64,000 nucleotides of DNA from Candidatus Saccharimonadota bacterium. Lineage in GTDB: Bacteria > Patescibacteriota > Saccharimonadia > Saccharimonadales > Saccharimonadaceae. Made by a program: the position numbers and the translations under genes. The notes beneath the pieces were generated by a model that saw only the letters and a program-made list of their open reading frames with translations, was not told where the DNA came from and searched no databases. This document shows, piece by piece, positions 1 to 8,886 of this stretch (the first letter of the stretch is position 1; every line of letters begins with the position of its first letter). Location: the NCBI GenBank assembly GCA_017515205.1, contig JAFWHN010000005.1:13-64012 (forward strand), in the 5' to 3' direction.

Positions 1-717
1 GACAATCTTGTCGTTGGACACTTCGAGCATTTCCGCAATCGCTGCTGCACACGCCATATAAGATACCGCTGTTTCTCCAGTTACAAAAGTAGCCACCGTT
101 ACGATATCTGACTTCAGCGACAAAGTAGCCTCAGTCCCCTTATTGTAGAGTTTCGAATTCAAAATTTTTACATCCGCGCTAGACTGTCCGTAAGAAATCG
201 TGCCTTTTGTCCCTTTAAACTCCGAGAAAGTATCGTAATTTAAATCATCGTGGTTTAATACCACATATTCCGGTTTCATATCAAAGAGCGTCTTTTCACT
301 GTCTAAATATTCTTCTGGCTCCATATCGTGAATCTTAGTTGTCAGAAAATTCGTCATCGCTGCAATATGTACTGGCAATCCGTAAAACACATTATCCTTT
401 AAATCATCCGCCGGTACTGTCACTATCACATAATTCGCCCCCGCTTTCCACGCATCACTCAAAAACTTGTGTAGCATCCCCATCTTAAATGGCTGATCGG
501 ACGCTAGAACTGCTACTTGTTCCCCTGTTGAACGCAAAATTTCATGCACAAAATGCGCTACTACTACTTTCCCTGTTGTGCCAGTAATAGCGATCAGTTT
601 CATATCACGCATTGGATTCCCGTAATATGATTTCAGAATCTTTGCTTTTATTTTTTGTCTCTTCGCTTTTAACCCACCGTTTTTGTTCTTTCCTCTAGAG
701 TTATCACGCGTTTTCAT
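1..717 (-). CDS. Mur-ligase-family (MurE-like) protein, degenerate; runs off the window start
   Basis: Not in the ORF track; translated manually: MKTRDN...GNPMRDMKLIAITGTTGKVVVAHFVHEIL...AAMTNF...EKTLF...VVLNHDD. This follows the MurE middle-domain pattern. TATAAT lies 6 nt upstream of the ATG. Confidence 0.75.
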   Translation of the reverse strand, partial: MKTRDNSRGKNKNGGLKAKRQKIKAKILKSYYGNPMRDMKLIAITGTTGKVVVAHFVHEILRSTGEQVAVLASDQPFKMGMLHKFLSDAWKAGANYVIVTVPADDLKDNVFYGLPVHIAAMTNFLTTKIHDMEPEEYLDSEKTLFDMKPEYVVLNHDDLNYDTFSEFKGTKGTISYGQSSADVKILNSKLYNKGTEATLSLKSDIVTVATFVTGETAVSYMACAAAIAEMLEVSNDKIV

Positions 718-746
718 ACCTTAATTATACCACAGTTTTCGTAAAG

Positions 747-1793
747 CTAAGAAAGCAACTTACAGACTAAACTTACAATCAAAGCCTTTTCTTTTGGCTC
801 ACTCTCCGCTATCAAAAGCGCAATTGCCGTCAGTGCTCGGTCGCTAATTTTTGTCTCACCTTTTTCCGTCAAATGGCAATCATTTAAAGTCAAAAACAGC
901 ACAAATAAAAGCGCGCCAATTCTCTTATTTCCGTCATAAAACGGATGATCTTTAATCACGAAATACAGTAAATTCGCAGCCTTTTCTGGTACGCTCGGGT
1001 ACAGTTCCTTACCATCAAAACTCTGAAAAATTGCCGCCAGATTCCCTTCAAAACTCCCATTTCGCTCTTTACCAAATAAATCCGATCCCCCCACATTCTC
1101 CCGTAATTTCTCCACGGCTGTGGTACACATTTCCACGGTTAATTCCTTAATTCGCCGTTTTTTACTCATAAAGGAAAGGTCGATATACCCATCATCATAT
1201 TCCTCTAGTGTCTTGAAACTTCCGGCGTATTTCGATATCACCTCCAGCACACCATTTGCTTCGCCCGCATCTAGCTCATTTCTCGCCGTCAATCGTCTCA
1301 CTAGGCTCATCATTTCTTCTACGTCATGTAGTTTTTTCACTTCTCCGTTTTCATTTAGCGCACTCAGCCGTCTTTCGTTGACTACCACACCATCCGTCAC
1401 AAATTTTTTCAAAACGTTCGTCGCCCAAATTCGGAAGTTCGTCGCTTTTTTCGAATTTACGCGGTAACCTACCGAAATAATTACATCCAGATTAAACAAA
1501 TCAACAGCCCGTCTTACCACTCTCGAACCTTCTTTTCGCACTACGAAAGTTTTCTTCATGGTCGGTTTTTGAACCTGTGCATTTTTTGCACAAGTTGGCT
1601 CTCTCTCTAACTCGCCCTCCTTGTAAATATTGTTGACGTGTCTCACTATTACGGTTCTATCTACGCCAAAAATACTAGCCATCTGCTCATAAGTCGCCCA
1701 AATCGTTTCATTTTTTGCATCGATATCAAAAACCACGTCCCCCTGCAGCCCCTCGTAAATTTCAATTCTCTTTTCTGGATTATCCTCTGCCAT
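747..1793 (-). CDS. RhuM-family DNA-binding domain fused to a Fic/Doc domain
   Basis: N-terminal ETIWATYEQMASIFG...YNLD-like VIISVGYRVNSKKATNFRIWA (RhuM); C-terminal HPFYDGNKRIG Fic motif. Confidence 0.85.
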   Translation of the reverse strand: MAEDNPEKRIEIYEGLQGDVVFDIDAKNETIWATYEQMASIFGVDRTVIVRHVNNIYKEGELEREPTCAKNAQVQKPTMKKTFVVRKEGSRVVRRAVDLFNLDVIISVGYRVNSKKATNFRIWATNVLKKFVTDGVVVNERRLSALNENGEVKKLHDVEEMMSLVRRLTARNELDAGEANGVLEVISKYAGSFKTLEEYDDGYIDLSFMSKKRRIKELTVEMCTTAVEKLRENVGGSDLFGKERNGSFEGNLAAIFQSFDGKELYPSVPEKAANLLYFVIKDHPFYDGNKRIGALLFVLFLTLNDCHLTEKGETKISDRALTAIALLIAESEPKEKALIVSLVCKLLS

Positions 1794-1859
1794 ATGATTC
1801 TCTATTATTTGCCCTCATTATACCACATAAAAAAAGCCCTCACACCAATGAGGTTTATT

Positions 1860-1922
1860 TGGCAAAAGAGAGGATTTGCATCGAGCGTAGCGAGATTCGA
1901 ATCTCGCTTTTTGTGAAAAAAA
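1860..1922 (-). repeat. Degenerate copy of the tRNA-Ser 3' end plus hairpin motif
   Basis: tggcaaaagagaggatttg (1860) vs tRNA tggcggaagagagaggattcg (1923), followed by catcgagcgtagcgagattcgaatctcgc. Confidence 0.8.
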
Positions 1923-2012
1923 TGGCGGAAGAGAGAGGATTCGAACCTCCGAACGGGTTGCCCCGTCACACGATTTCGAGTCGTGCGCCTTCAACCACTC
2001 GGCCACTCTTCC
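1923..2012 (-). tRNA. tRNA-Ser(CGA)
   Basis: GGAAGAGTGGCCGAGTGG...GCACGA-CTCGAAA-TCGTGT, long variable arm, GGTTCGAATCC, encoded CCA. Confidence 0.97.
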
Positions 2013-2280
2013 ACCTCCAATTATATCATTTATCCACTCTAATCACAAATCGTACGATTTCCCACAAAATAATTAAAATCGTACGATTTTAAACTTTTAC
2101 ACTCAAATTTGTCCTTTCCAAAAAGCGCAAAAAAGTAATTTCTACAACAATTTTAAAAAATATGTTATAATAAAGATGTCACCTCACGGTGATGCTCATT
2201 TAATTTCTAGGTGGATGCTTAAAAACATCCACATTTGCACGAGCCGACCCTAAAGGTTGGTAGTGTACCATCATTAATTT

Positions 2281-2357
2281 GTGCCCGTAGCTCAGCTGGA
2301 TAGAGCGTTTGCTTGCGGAGCAAAAGGTCGCAGGTTCAAATCCTACCGGGCATACCA
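2281..2357 (+). tRNA. tRNA-Arg(GCG)
   Basis: Cloverleaf GTGCCCG/CGGGCAT; anticodon arm TTTGC-TTGCGGA-GCAAA; encoded CCA. Confidence 0.95.
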
Positions 2358-2410
2358 AAAAAAGACTCCAAAGTCTCTTTTTTTATTCCCGTTTATGCTA
2401 TAATGGACCC

Positions 2411-2893
2411 ATGCAATGGGATCTAATTACAACAATCATAGTTATTACAGCAATTTTAACCATGGGCGCTTTTGCTGTGCTCGGCCTTTACCAATGGATT
2501 ACACGAAAATCCATTAAAAAAGTCGACCGTAGAATTCTTTGTATGCTAATTCCGCTCGTTCTAATAGTCATTACTTACTTTGTTTTTGACAAATTATTCA
2601 TTCTTAATACTCGTCCTGACGGTTCTGGCGAGCCTTCCTTCCCTTCTACCCATACCATGATCGCCGCCACCATCTTCTTTGTCGTGATGATGGCTTTGCC
2701 GAAATACGTTAAAAACAAGAATCTACGGATTGTCCTAGATATCATCATGGTTATATTGGTTGGTTTAACCGCCACAGGACGAGTTCTCGCCAATAAACAC
2801 TGGCCAATTGACGTTATCGGCGGCATTGCTTTTGGTATTGTTTTTTCCGAAATCTACTATTACGCAGTTCACTTTAAAAAGGCTAAAAAATGA
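2411..2893 (+). CDS. PAP2-family membrane phosphatase
   Basis: Motifs RP, PSFPSTH, GRV..NKHWPIDV; TM helices. Start moved to 2411 because the track start overlaps the tRNA. Confidence 0.85.
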   Translation: MQWDLITTIIVITAILTMGAFAVLGLYQWITRKSIKKVDRRILCMLIPLVLIVITYFVFDKLFILNTRPDGSGEPSFPSTHTMIAATIFFVVMMALPKYVKNKNLRIVLDIIMVILVGLTATGRVLANKHWPIDVIGGIAFGIVFSEIYYYAVHFKKAKK

Positions 2894-3270
2894 GTAGTGT
2901 TTTTACCAAAATCATCAACGGCGAAATCCCTAGCTACAAGATTTATGAGGATGAAAAAACTGTCGCCTTTCTCGATATCAACCCTGAATCTAGAGGTCAC
3001 GTTCTGGTCGTACCCAAAAATGAAGTCGATAAAATTTACGATCTCCCTGATGAAGATTACGATGCTCTCATGCACACAGTCAAAAAACTCAGTTCGCACA
3101 TGGAAAAAGTTTTGGGTCAGCGCACCCTCTGGAAAGTTATTGGTACCGATGTCCCTCACGCTCACGTCCACCTACTTCCCTACGATGAAACTTGGGAGCA
3201 AGGCCGCACGTTGAAGCTCACTCCTGAAGAATTCGAACAAATCCGCCAAGAACTCGAATATCACGACTAA
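2890..3270 (+). CDS. HIT-family nucleotide hydrolase
   Basis: FTKIINGEIP...GHVLVVPK...VPHAHVH histidine triad. Confidence 0.92.
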   Translation: MSSVFTKIINGEIPSYKIYEDEKTVAFLDINPESRGHVLVVPKNEVDKIYDLPDEDYDALMHTVKKLSSHMEKVLGQRTLWKVIGTDVPHAHVHLLPYDETWEQGRTLKLTPEEFEQIRQELEYHD

Positions 3271-3292
3271 AACCCCTTAAAAGGGGCTTTTT
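3269..3292. terminator. Bidirectional intrinsic terminator between HIT and valS
   Basis: aaaacccctt-aa-aaggggctttt between convergent genes. Confidence 0.7.
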
Positions 3293-3300
3293 AAAAACTA

Positions 3301-5934
3301 TTATATTAGTTTGAGTTGTTGTTTTAATCTTTCAATCAGTGCTTCTTTTTCACGAATTGCATCTTCGGTTTCTTTTACCAAATGTTCAGGTGCTTTTGAT
3401 ACATAATTTGGGTTCATCATCCTTGCATTTAACCCGTCTAACTCTCGTCCAACCGCCAGAATCTTCTCTGTTAGAGATTCTTTATATTCCGAGACCACCT
3501 TTTCTGGCACGTCTAAGTAAAGCTCGTGATTTGCTAGGGCTAATCTTAAACCACGTGGGGCTCCCTCTAAGGCGTTAATTGTCGGCACCTTCGCCAAAGT
3601 CTTTATTAGCATCTGATTGTCTTTTACTAGACTGTCGTTATCGTACATCAATCCATATTTTTTCGCGTTATTGGTACCTGGCAGGGCCTGTAAGGTGCCT
3701 CTCACTTCTGAAACGACAACCATAAGCTTTTCAAAATTCTCGGCCGAAATTGGGTCAAATTCAAGTTTTTCAGGCCATTTGGCGGTAGCCACAAATCCAT
3801 CAGCCCAACTCAAGTTTTGCCAAATCGCCTCCGTCACGAATGGTGCAAACGGATGCAAAGCAATTAAGAGTGTCTCGAGAGTCTTCTTTAGAAGTGGTAC
3901 ATTCTTAAACATCTTTTGGCTCTCTAGGAACCAATCTGCATATTTATCCCAAATAGTCGAGTAAAGTGTTTCTACCGCTTCTGCAAATCGGTAGTTCGCC
4001 ATATCTTGTTCAACTTGCTCCAAGCACTCATTAATCTCTCGGCAAATCCAGTCTTCACCCATATTTAACGTGGTATATTCGAGTTCAGAAGAATGTAAAT
4101 CATCTGTCTTTTTCTCATCTACTATTCCTTGTATAAGCCTAGAAATATTCCAGAGCTTATTACATAGATTCCGTCCCGCAATCACTGCATCTTCCGCAAA
4201 CGCCTGGTTCATCCCAGCCGATCTACCCCTGAGAATGCCTAATCTAAACGCGTCCGAGCCGAACCTCGTCACTAGGTCCATCGGGTTTATCACGTTACCT
4301 TTAGATTTGCTCATTTTTTGCCCGTGTGCATCCAGTACCAAGCCGTGTAGATAGACTTCTTTAAACGGTACTTCACCCGTCACATACAGCCCCATCATAA
4401 TCATCCGTGCTACCCAAGCAAACAGAATATCCGCCCCAGTTTCCATCACGTTCAAAGGATAATACGGGTTATAATTCTCTTCCGTCCAATCCGTACAGAC
4501 AATCGGCCAGTGTGCCGAAGAAAACCAAGTATCAAACGTGTCTTCATCTCTTACGTATCGTACCCCGCCCTTCTCTATTTCACGTAGATTTGTCCTACGA
4601 TCAAAAATCCAATCCGGCTCGTCAGTCGCAGTTTTATCAACCTTTCTAAACATCGGAATTGCAATTCCCCACGGAATTTGTCGCGAAATATTCCAATCCT
4701 TCAAACCCTTTAGATAATTAATTAGAACTTTACACTTGTTCTCAGGATAAAACTTAATTTCGCCAGCCTCCAGATGCTTGATTGCCACTGCTGCCAACTT
4801 TTCTACATCCACAAACCATTGTTCCTTGAGCATCGGTTCAAGCGTGGTCCCGCATTTGTAGCAATGCGCCACCGAATGCACTATCTTCTTCTCGCCTCTT
4901 AATAGATCTTGTTCTTTCAGATCTTTCAAAACCTTTTTACGGCATTCCTCTGTCGTTAGACCAGCATACTCAGAGGGCACATTCACCATCTTGCCTTCCT
5001 CGTTAATTACTTGGAGTCGCGGTAAATTGTGCCGTTCTCCCACTTCAAAATCATCAAAATCATGCGCTGGGGTAATTTTCACTGCACCCGTCCCGTAGGC
5101 TGGATCAGCGTGCTCATCAGTAATCACTGGAATTTCTCTTTCCGTAAGAGGTAGTTTTACCATTTTTCCAATCAAATCAGTGTATCTCTCATCATTTGGG
5201 TTCACGGCCACTGCCGCATCGCCAAACAAAGTTTCTGGACGGGTAGTGCTGACGATGATTTCCTTTTTACTCCCCTTTACAGGATAAGCAATATCCCACA
5301 AAGTTCCCTTTTCGTCTTTGTGTTCTACCTCAATATCCGCAAAAGCCGTTTGATGTTTCGGGCAGAAATTAACCAATTTTTCTCCCCTGTAAATCATCCC
5401 GTCTTTCCACATTTTCTCAAATGTCGTGTAAACCCGGTCCACCACATTTTCATCTAGAGTAAAAGTCAAATCATCCCAAGCACAAGAAGCCCCTAAGGCG
5501 CGGAGTTGTAACTCCATGTTCCCTCTCTGTTCGGCCACAAAATCCCACACCCTAGCGTACAGCTCATCTCTTGAGAATTCAAATCTAGTGTGGCCTTGTT
5601 TTTCCAGGAATCTTTCATATACCACCCAAGTCTCAAAACCAGCATGGTCCGCTCCCGGAATATACCAGGTCGAAATACCCTTTAAACGATGATATCGAAT
5701 CAAAGAATCCTCTAAAGCCACCGTCAAACCGTGACCAATATGGAGGTTCCCATTTGCATTTGGCGGAGGCATCACGATAGAATAAGTCAAATTCCCCTGT
5801 CGGTCATCAACTCCATTCCCATCGTTATCCGTCGGCACTCTAGGCACGCTTGGCGTAAAAACACCCGAAGCCTCCCAGGCCGCATAAATATCTGATTCAA
5901 ATTCCCCCGGTTCGTAACTTTTTGCAAATGTCAT
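3301..5934 (-). CDS. valS: Valine--tRNA ligase
   Basis: PPPNANGNLHIGH (HIGH), KMSKS, TTRPET editing domain, C-terminal coiled coil. Confidence 0.97.
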   Translation of the reverse strand: MTFAKSYEPGEFESDIYAAWEASGVFTPSVPRVPTDNDGNGVDDRQGNLTYSIVMPPPNANGNLHIGHGLTVALEDSLIRYHRLKGISTWYIPGADHAGFETWVVYERFLEKQGHTRFEFSRDELYARVWDFVAEQRGNMELQLRALGASCAWDDLTFTLDENVVDRVYTTFEKMWKDGMIYRGEKLVNFCPKHQTAFADIEVEHKDEKGTLWDIAYPVKGSKKEIIVSTTRPETLFGDAAVAVNPNDERYTDLIGKMVKLPLTEREIPVITDEHADPAYGTGAVKITPAHDFDDFEVGERHNLPRLQVINEEGKMVNVPSEYAGLTTEECRKKVLKDLKEQDLLRGEKKIVHSVAHCYKCGTTLEPMLKEQWFVDVEKLAAVAIKHLEAGEIKFYPENKCKVLINYLKGLKDWNISRQIPWGIAIPMFRKVDKTATDEPDWIFDRRTNLREIEKGGVRYVRDEDTFDTWFSSAHWPIVCTDWTEENYNPYYPLNVMETGADILFAWVARMIMMGLYVTGEVPFKEVYLHGLVLDAHGQKMSKSKGNVINPMDLVTRFGSDAFRLGILRGRSAGMNQAFAEDAVIAGRNLCNKLWNISRLIQGIVDEKKTDDLHSSELEYTTLNMGEDWICREINECLEQVEQDMANYRFAEAVETLYSTIWDKYADWFLESQKMFKNVPLLKKTLETLLIALHPFAPFVTEAIWQNLSWADGFVATAKWPEKLEFDPISAENFEKLMVVVSEVRGTLQALPGTNNAKKYGLMYDNDSLVKDNQMLIKTLAKVPTINALEGAPRGLRLALANHELYLDVPEKVVSEYKESLTEKILAVGRELDGLNARMMNPNYVSKAPEHLVKETEDAIREKEALIERLKQQLKLI

Positions 5935-6078
5935 ATCTCTATTATATCACAGTAAAAACGTCAAAATTACAAAACAGACCACCTCTGTTAAATATTGACT
6001 TTTTAGTAATTTTATGCTATCATATAGGTATAACCTAGTACATTCAAAATTGCTTTTTGTCGGGGGGAGGTACCAAAA

Positions 6079-7344
6079 ATGGCAAAAACTTTAGTATATC
6101 AGTTATACCCAATCGCATGGGAAAGTCGAGGTGGCCTTCAGGCCATGACAAATCACCTTGACATCATCAAATATCTCGGTGCTGACTATGTGTGGCTTAG
6201 TCCACTCTATCCGTCACCTAGATTTGATCACGGTTATGACGTGTCGGATTATTCCGAGATCGACAAACGATTTGGCACTATGAAGGACTTTGACGCTTTT
6301 GTCAAAAAAGCCCACTCGCTTGGTATAGGTGTTTTGATGGATTTAGTTCTCAATCACACCTCCACCGAGCATAGTTGGTTCAAAGATTACCCAGAGTGCT
6401 ACTGTTGGTCAGACACTGACCGTCCAGGTTGGCACAATCTATTTGATAATGGCTCAGCTTGGCAATATGATGAAGAAAGAGGTAAATACTACCTTCATCT
6501 CTTTCATCAGAATCAGGCAGACCTTAACTGGTTTCCTAATGGGAAATTGAACCTTGATTTAGTAGCCATGTTTCAGACTATTGTTCGTTATTGGAACGGT
6601 TTGCACGAAGTAGACGGTTTTCGTCTCGACGTGCCACAGGCTATCAACAAGGATCTTACCAAAGACCAGTTAGACCTGGATGATCTGTTGGTTGGTGAGC
6701 AAGCGGTCAAAGTGATTAATGCGGTCTTCCGCGGCAAATACGGTAAAAAACTCTTCCTCATGATGGAGTGTTTAGACCCGTCTTACGGCGAAATCACCAA
6801 GTATTACACTGATCGCACGCCCATCAATTTCGCAACCGATATGTTGCTGAAAGATGATGCTCCACCAGTCATCGGGAGACTTACCCAAAATCCTCAATTT
6901 ATGTTGGATCTCGAATCGCATGATTCACCTAGGTACATGTCTAGATACTCGTCTTTTAAGCCGTTCTGTCCAGACAGTAACTATGATCCAATAGGGGTAA
7001 TGCTAGACGATTGCTTCCGGCATTATGGGCTCAAAGCCTTCTGCCTCTATCAAGGACAGGAGCTTGGTTTGGTTAACCCATCTAAAGAAGAGCTCTCTGA
7101 TGAAGAGATGCTTGCCCTGGATGCAAAAACCGCCATGCAGGCCAAAAGAGGTGAATCGCTTGAGGAGCTTCGTAAGACTTCACGCGCCAACGGTCGCATC
7201 CCATTACCTATGGATGAGTATGATAAACAGCTTCAAAATCCAGAGTCTTGTTTGAGGAGAATGAGAGACACTATCAAGAGATGGAAAATAGATCCTAGAT
7301 TTGTAAGCTATGACTACCATCTGTCTGTAGACAATTGGGTATAA
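6079..7344 (+). CDS. GH13 alpha-amylase-family glycosidase (alpha-glucosidase-like), short C-terminus
   Basis: Conserved regions DLVLNH, GFRLDV, MEC, ESHDSPR, and YQGQELG; strong GGAGG SD. Confidence 0.88.
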   Translation: MAKTLVYQLYPIAWESRGGLQAMTNHLDIIKYLGADYVWLSPLYPSPRFDHGYDVSDYSEIDKRFGTMKDFDAFVKKAHSLGIGVLMDLVLNHTSTEHSWFKDYPECYCWSDTDRPGWHNLFDNGSAWQYDEERGKYYLHLFHQNQADLNWFPNGKLNLDLVAMFQTIVRYWNGLHEVDGFRLDVPQAINKDLTKDQLDLDDLLVGEQAVKVINAVFRGKYGKKLFLMMECLDPSYGEITKYYTDRTPINFATDMLLKDDAPPVIGRLTQNPQFMLDLESHDSPRYMSRYSSFKPFCPDSNYDPIGVMLDDCFRHYGLKAFCLYQGQELGLVNPSKEELSDEEMLALDAKTAMQAKRGESLEELRKTSRANGRIPLPMDEYDKQLQNPESCLRRMRDTIKRWKIDPRFVSYDYHLSVDNWV

Positions 7345-7345
7345 C

Positions 7346-7377
7346 AAAATTCCCCGCTCATTTTTAGCGGGGTTTTT
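7346..7377. terminator. Intrinsic terminator
   Basis: ccccgct-cattttt-agcgggg followed by a T tract. Confidence 0.7.
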
Positions 7378-7388
7378 GTTATCAAAAA

Positions 7389-7595
7389 CTATTTTTTATT
7401 AAATTTATCCAAATTAAATAGTGGGTTTTTATCGCCATCAATAATTCCCTGGGCCGTACGTAGTAATTTCTCTAATCCTTTTTCGGAAGCCGCAGAGCCC
7501 ACATGCACAGTTTTTACCACTTTATTTCCCTCTTTATAGCAAACCTGTACCCCAGTCGCTCCAGAAGTCGTCTTAAATTTCCTGATATAAGCCAT
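7389..7595 (-). CDS. Small protein resembling the N-terminus of IS1634-family transposases
   Basis: MAYIRKFKTTSGATGVQV...VHVGSA pattern recalled from IS1634 N-termini; no DDE domain; TGTTACAAT promoter 6 nt upstream. Confidence 0.55.
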   Translation of the reverse strand: MAYIRKFKTTSGATGVQVCYKEGNKVVKTVHVGSAASEKGLEKLLRTAQGIIDGDKNPLFNLDKFNKK

Positions 7596-7714
7596 ATTTT
7601 AATTGTAACATAGAAATTTCCACACTAAATCCACCATTTTTATCCACCAAAGCATAAGTTGAAATAGACATTAAACTTCTTATGTCTAGCAACCAAAGCA
7701 CCTGGCAACCGCAC

Positions 7715-7743
7715 TTGACAAATCATTCCGCTCGCGCTAAAAT
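7715..7743 (+). promoter_or_regulatory. Sigma70 promoter not directly followed by a CDS
   Basis: TTGACA-17 nt-TAAAAT. Confidence 0.7.
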
Positions 7744-7950
7744 CAAAGCAACAATTGCGTCGAGTGGGCCGCAGTTGGGAGTAGTTTTAGCAAACCTGTA
7801 CGAAAAATTTGCCAAAAGACCAAATCCGCTAAAACTTTGTTTTAATAAAAAACAGGGAAGAGACCTCTGTTAAGTATTTTGCATAAGCAAAATAAAATGT
7901 TTATGCTGTCAATAAAAAGCACGTGTTTTTACATGTGATATAATATTTTT

Positions 7951-8886
7951 ATGGAAATCCCAATTACCCAGAGTGAAGCGTGGCATCATCTCCAATCTGA
8001 TTTAGGAGGAAAATCATTTTTTAAAGCTGAAAAGCTGTTTCAGTATTTAGCTATTTTAAAAACTACTCCAGTAGGGAATTATCTCTATTGTCCTTATGGT
8101 CCAGTTGCAGATGGTAAATCAAGCTTTTTAGCATCAATTGAATCTTTGAAAGCTCTTGCTAAAGAAAACCAGGCCATTTTTATTCGTATTGAACCCCTTA
8201 ATGAGAAATTTGTCGATTATTTCCCCAAAAATACCAAAAAATCTCCAGATTTAAATCCCAAAGAAACCTGGATCTTAGATTTAACAGGGAACGACGATGA
8301 ATTTAAAAACCGGCTTCCTTCCCGTCTTTTGCGTTATCATAAATCAGCTCAGAATAAAGGTATTACCATCGAAAAGTCTCATCGACCTGGAGATATCAAA
8401 CATCTTTTGAAACTCCAAAAATCCCTCGCCGAGAAAAAGGGAATTAACACTTTTTCCGAGAAATATCTAGAAACAGAGTTAAAACAACCATTTGCGACGT
8501 TATATTTAGCTAAATATCAAAATCCTGAGACAAATCAAAAAGAAATCGTTGCCGCAGGTCTTGTTTTTGATGATGAAACTAGAAGATATAATCTTCAAGG
8601 CGCCCAAAGTGATACCGGCCGTAGCCTCCATGCCACTGGAATTTTAACCATCCAGCTCATTTTAGATGCCCGAGAAAAAGGGCTCACATCCTTCGATTTC
8701 TGGGGTATCGCCCCAGAGGGCGCTCCCAAAAATCATCCCTGGGCCGGCTTCACTGCTTTCAAAAAGACCTTTGTCGGAGAAGAAGTGAAACACGCCGGCA
8801 CCTATGATATAGTCTTAAATCCAGTAAAGTATAAAATCTATCAAGCCACACGTAAAATCAATCGTTTATTGAGGAAAAATAAATGA
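7951..8886 (+). CDS. FemABX-family peptidoglycan bridge aminoacyltransferase
   Basis: Q-S-x-W N-terminus, YCPYGP, FIRIEP, FDFWGI, GFTAFKKTF. Confidence 0.85.
   Translation: MEIPITQSEAWHHLQSDLGGKSFFKAEKLFQYLAILKTTPVGNYLYCPYGPVADGKSSFLASIESLKALAKENQAIFIRIEPLNEKFVDYFPKNTKKSPDLNPKETWILDLTGNDDEFKNRLPSRLLRYHKSAQNKGITIEKSHRPGDIKHLLKLQKSLAEKKGINTFSEKYLETELKQPFATLYLAKYQNPETNQKEIVAAGLVFDDETRRYNLQGAQSDTGRSLHATGILTIQLILDAREKGLTSFDFWGIAPEGAPKNHPWAGFTAFKKTFVGEEVKHAGTYDIVLNPVKYKIYQATRKINRLLRKNK

Noticed and set aside
1638-2092. Short ORFs overlapping tRNA-Ser (1638-1916, 1715-2092, 1818-2006)
   Set aside because: Shadow frames of RhuM-Fic and the tRNA.
7790-7815. c-di-GMP-I (GEMM) riboswitch suggested by GCAAACC...GAAA
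   Set aside because: The bases flanking GAAA do not pair, and the GGGACGCAAAGC segment is missing.
7682-7873. 63-aa ORF
   Set aside because: It spans the promoter and structured RNA region, has no SD or leaderless signal, and has no recognisable motif.
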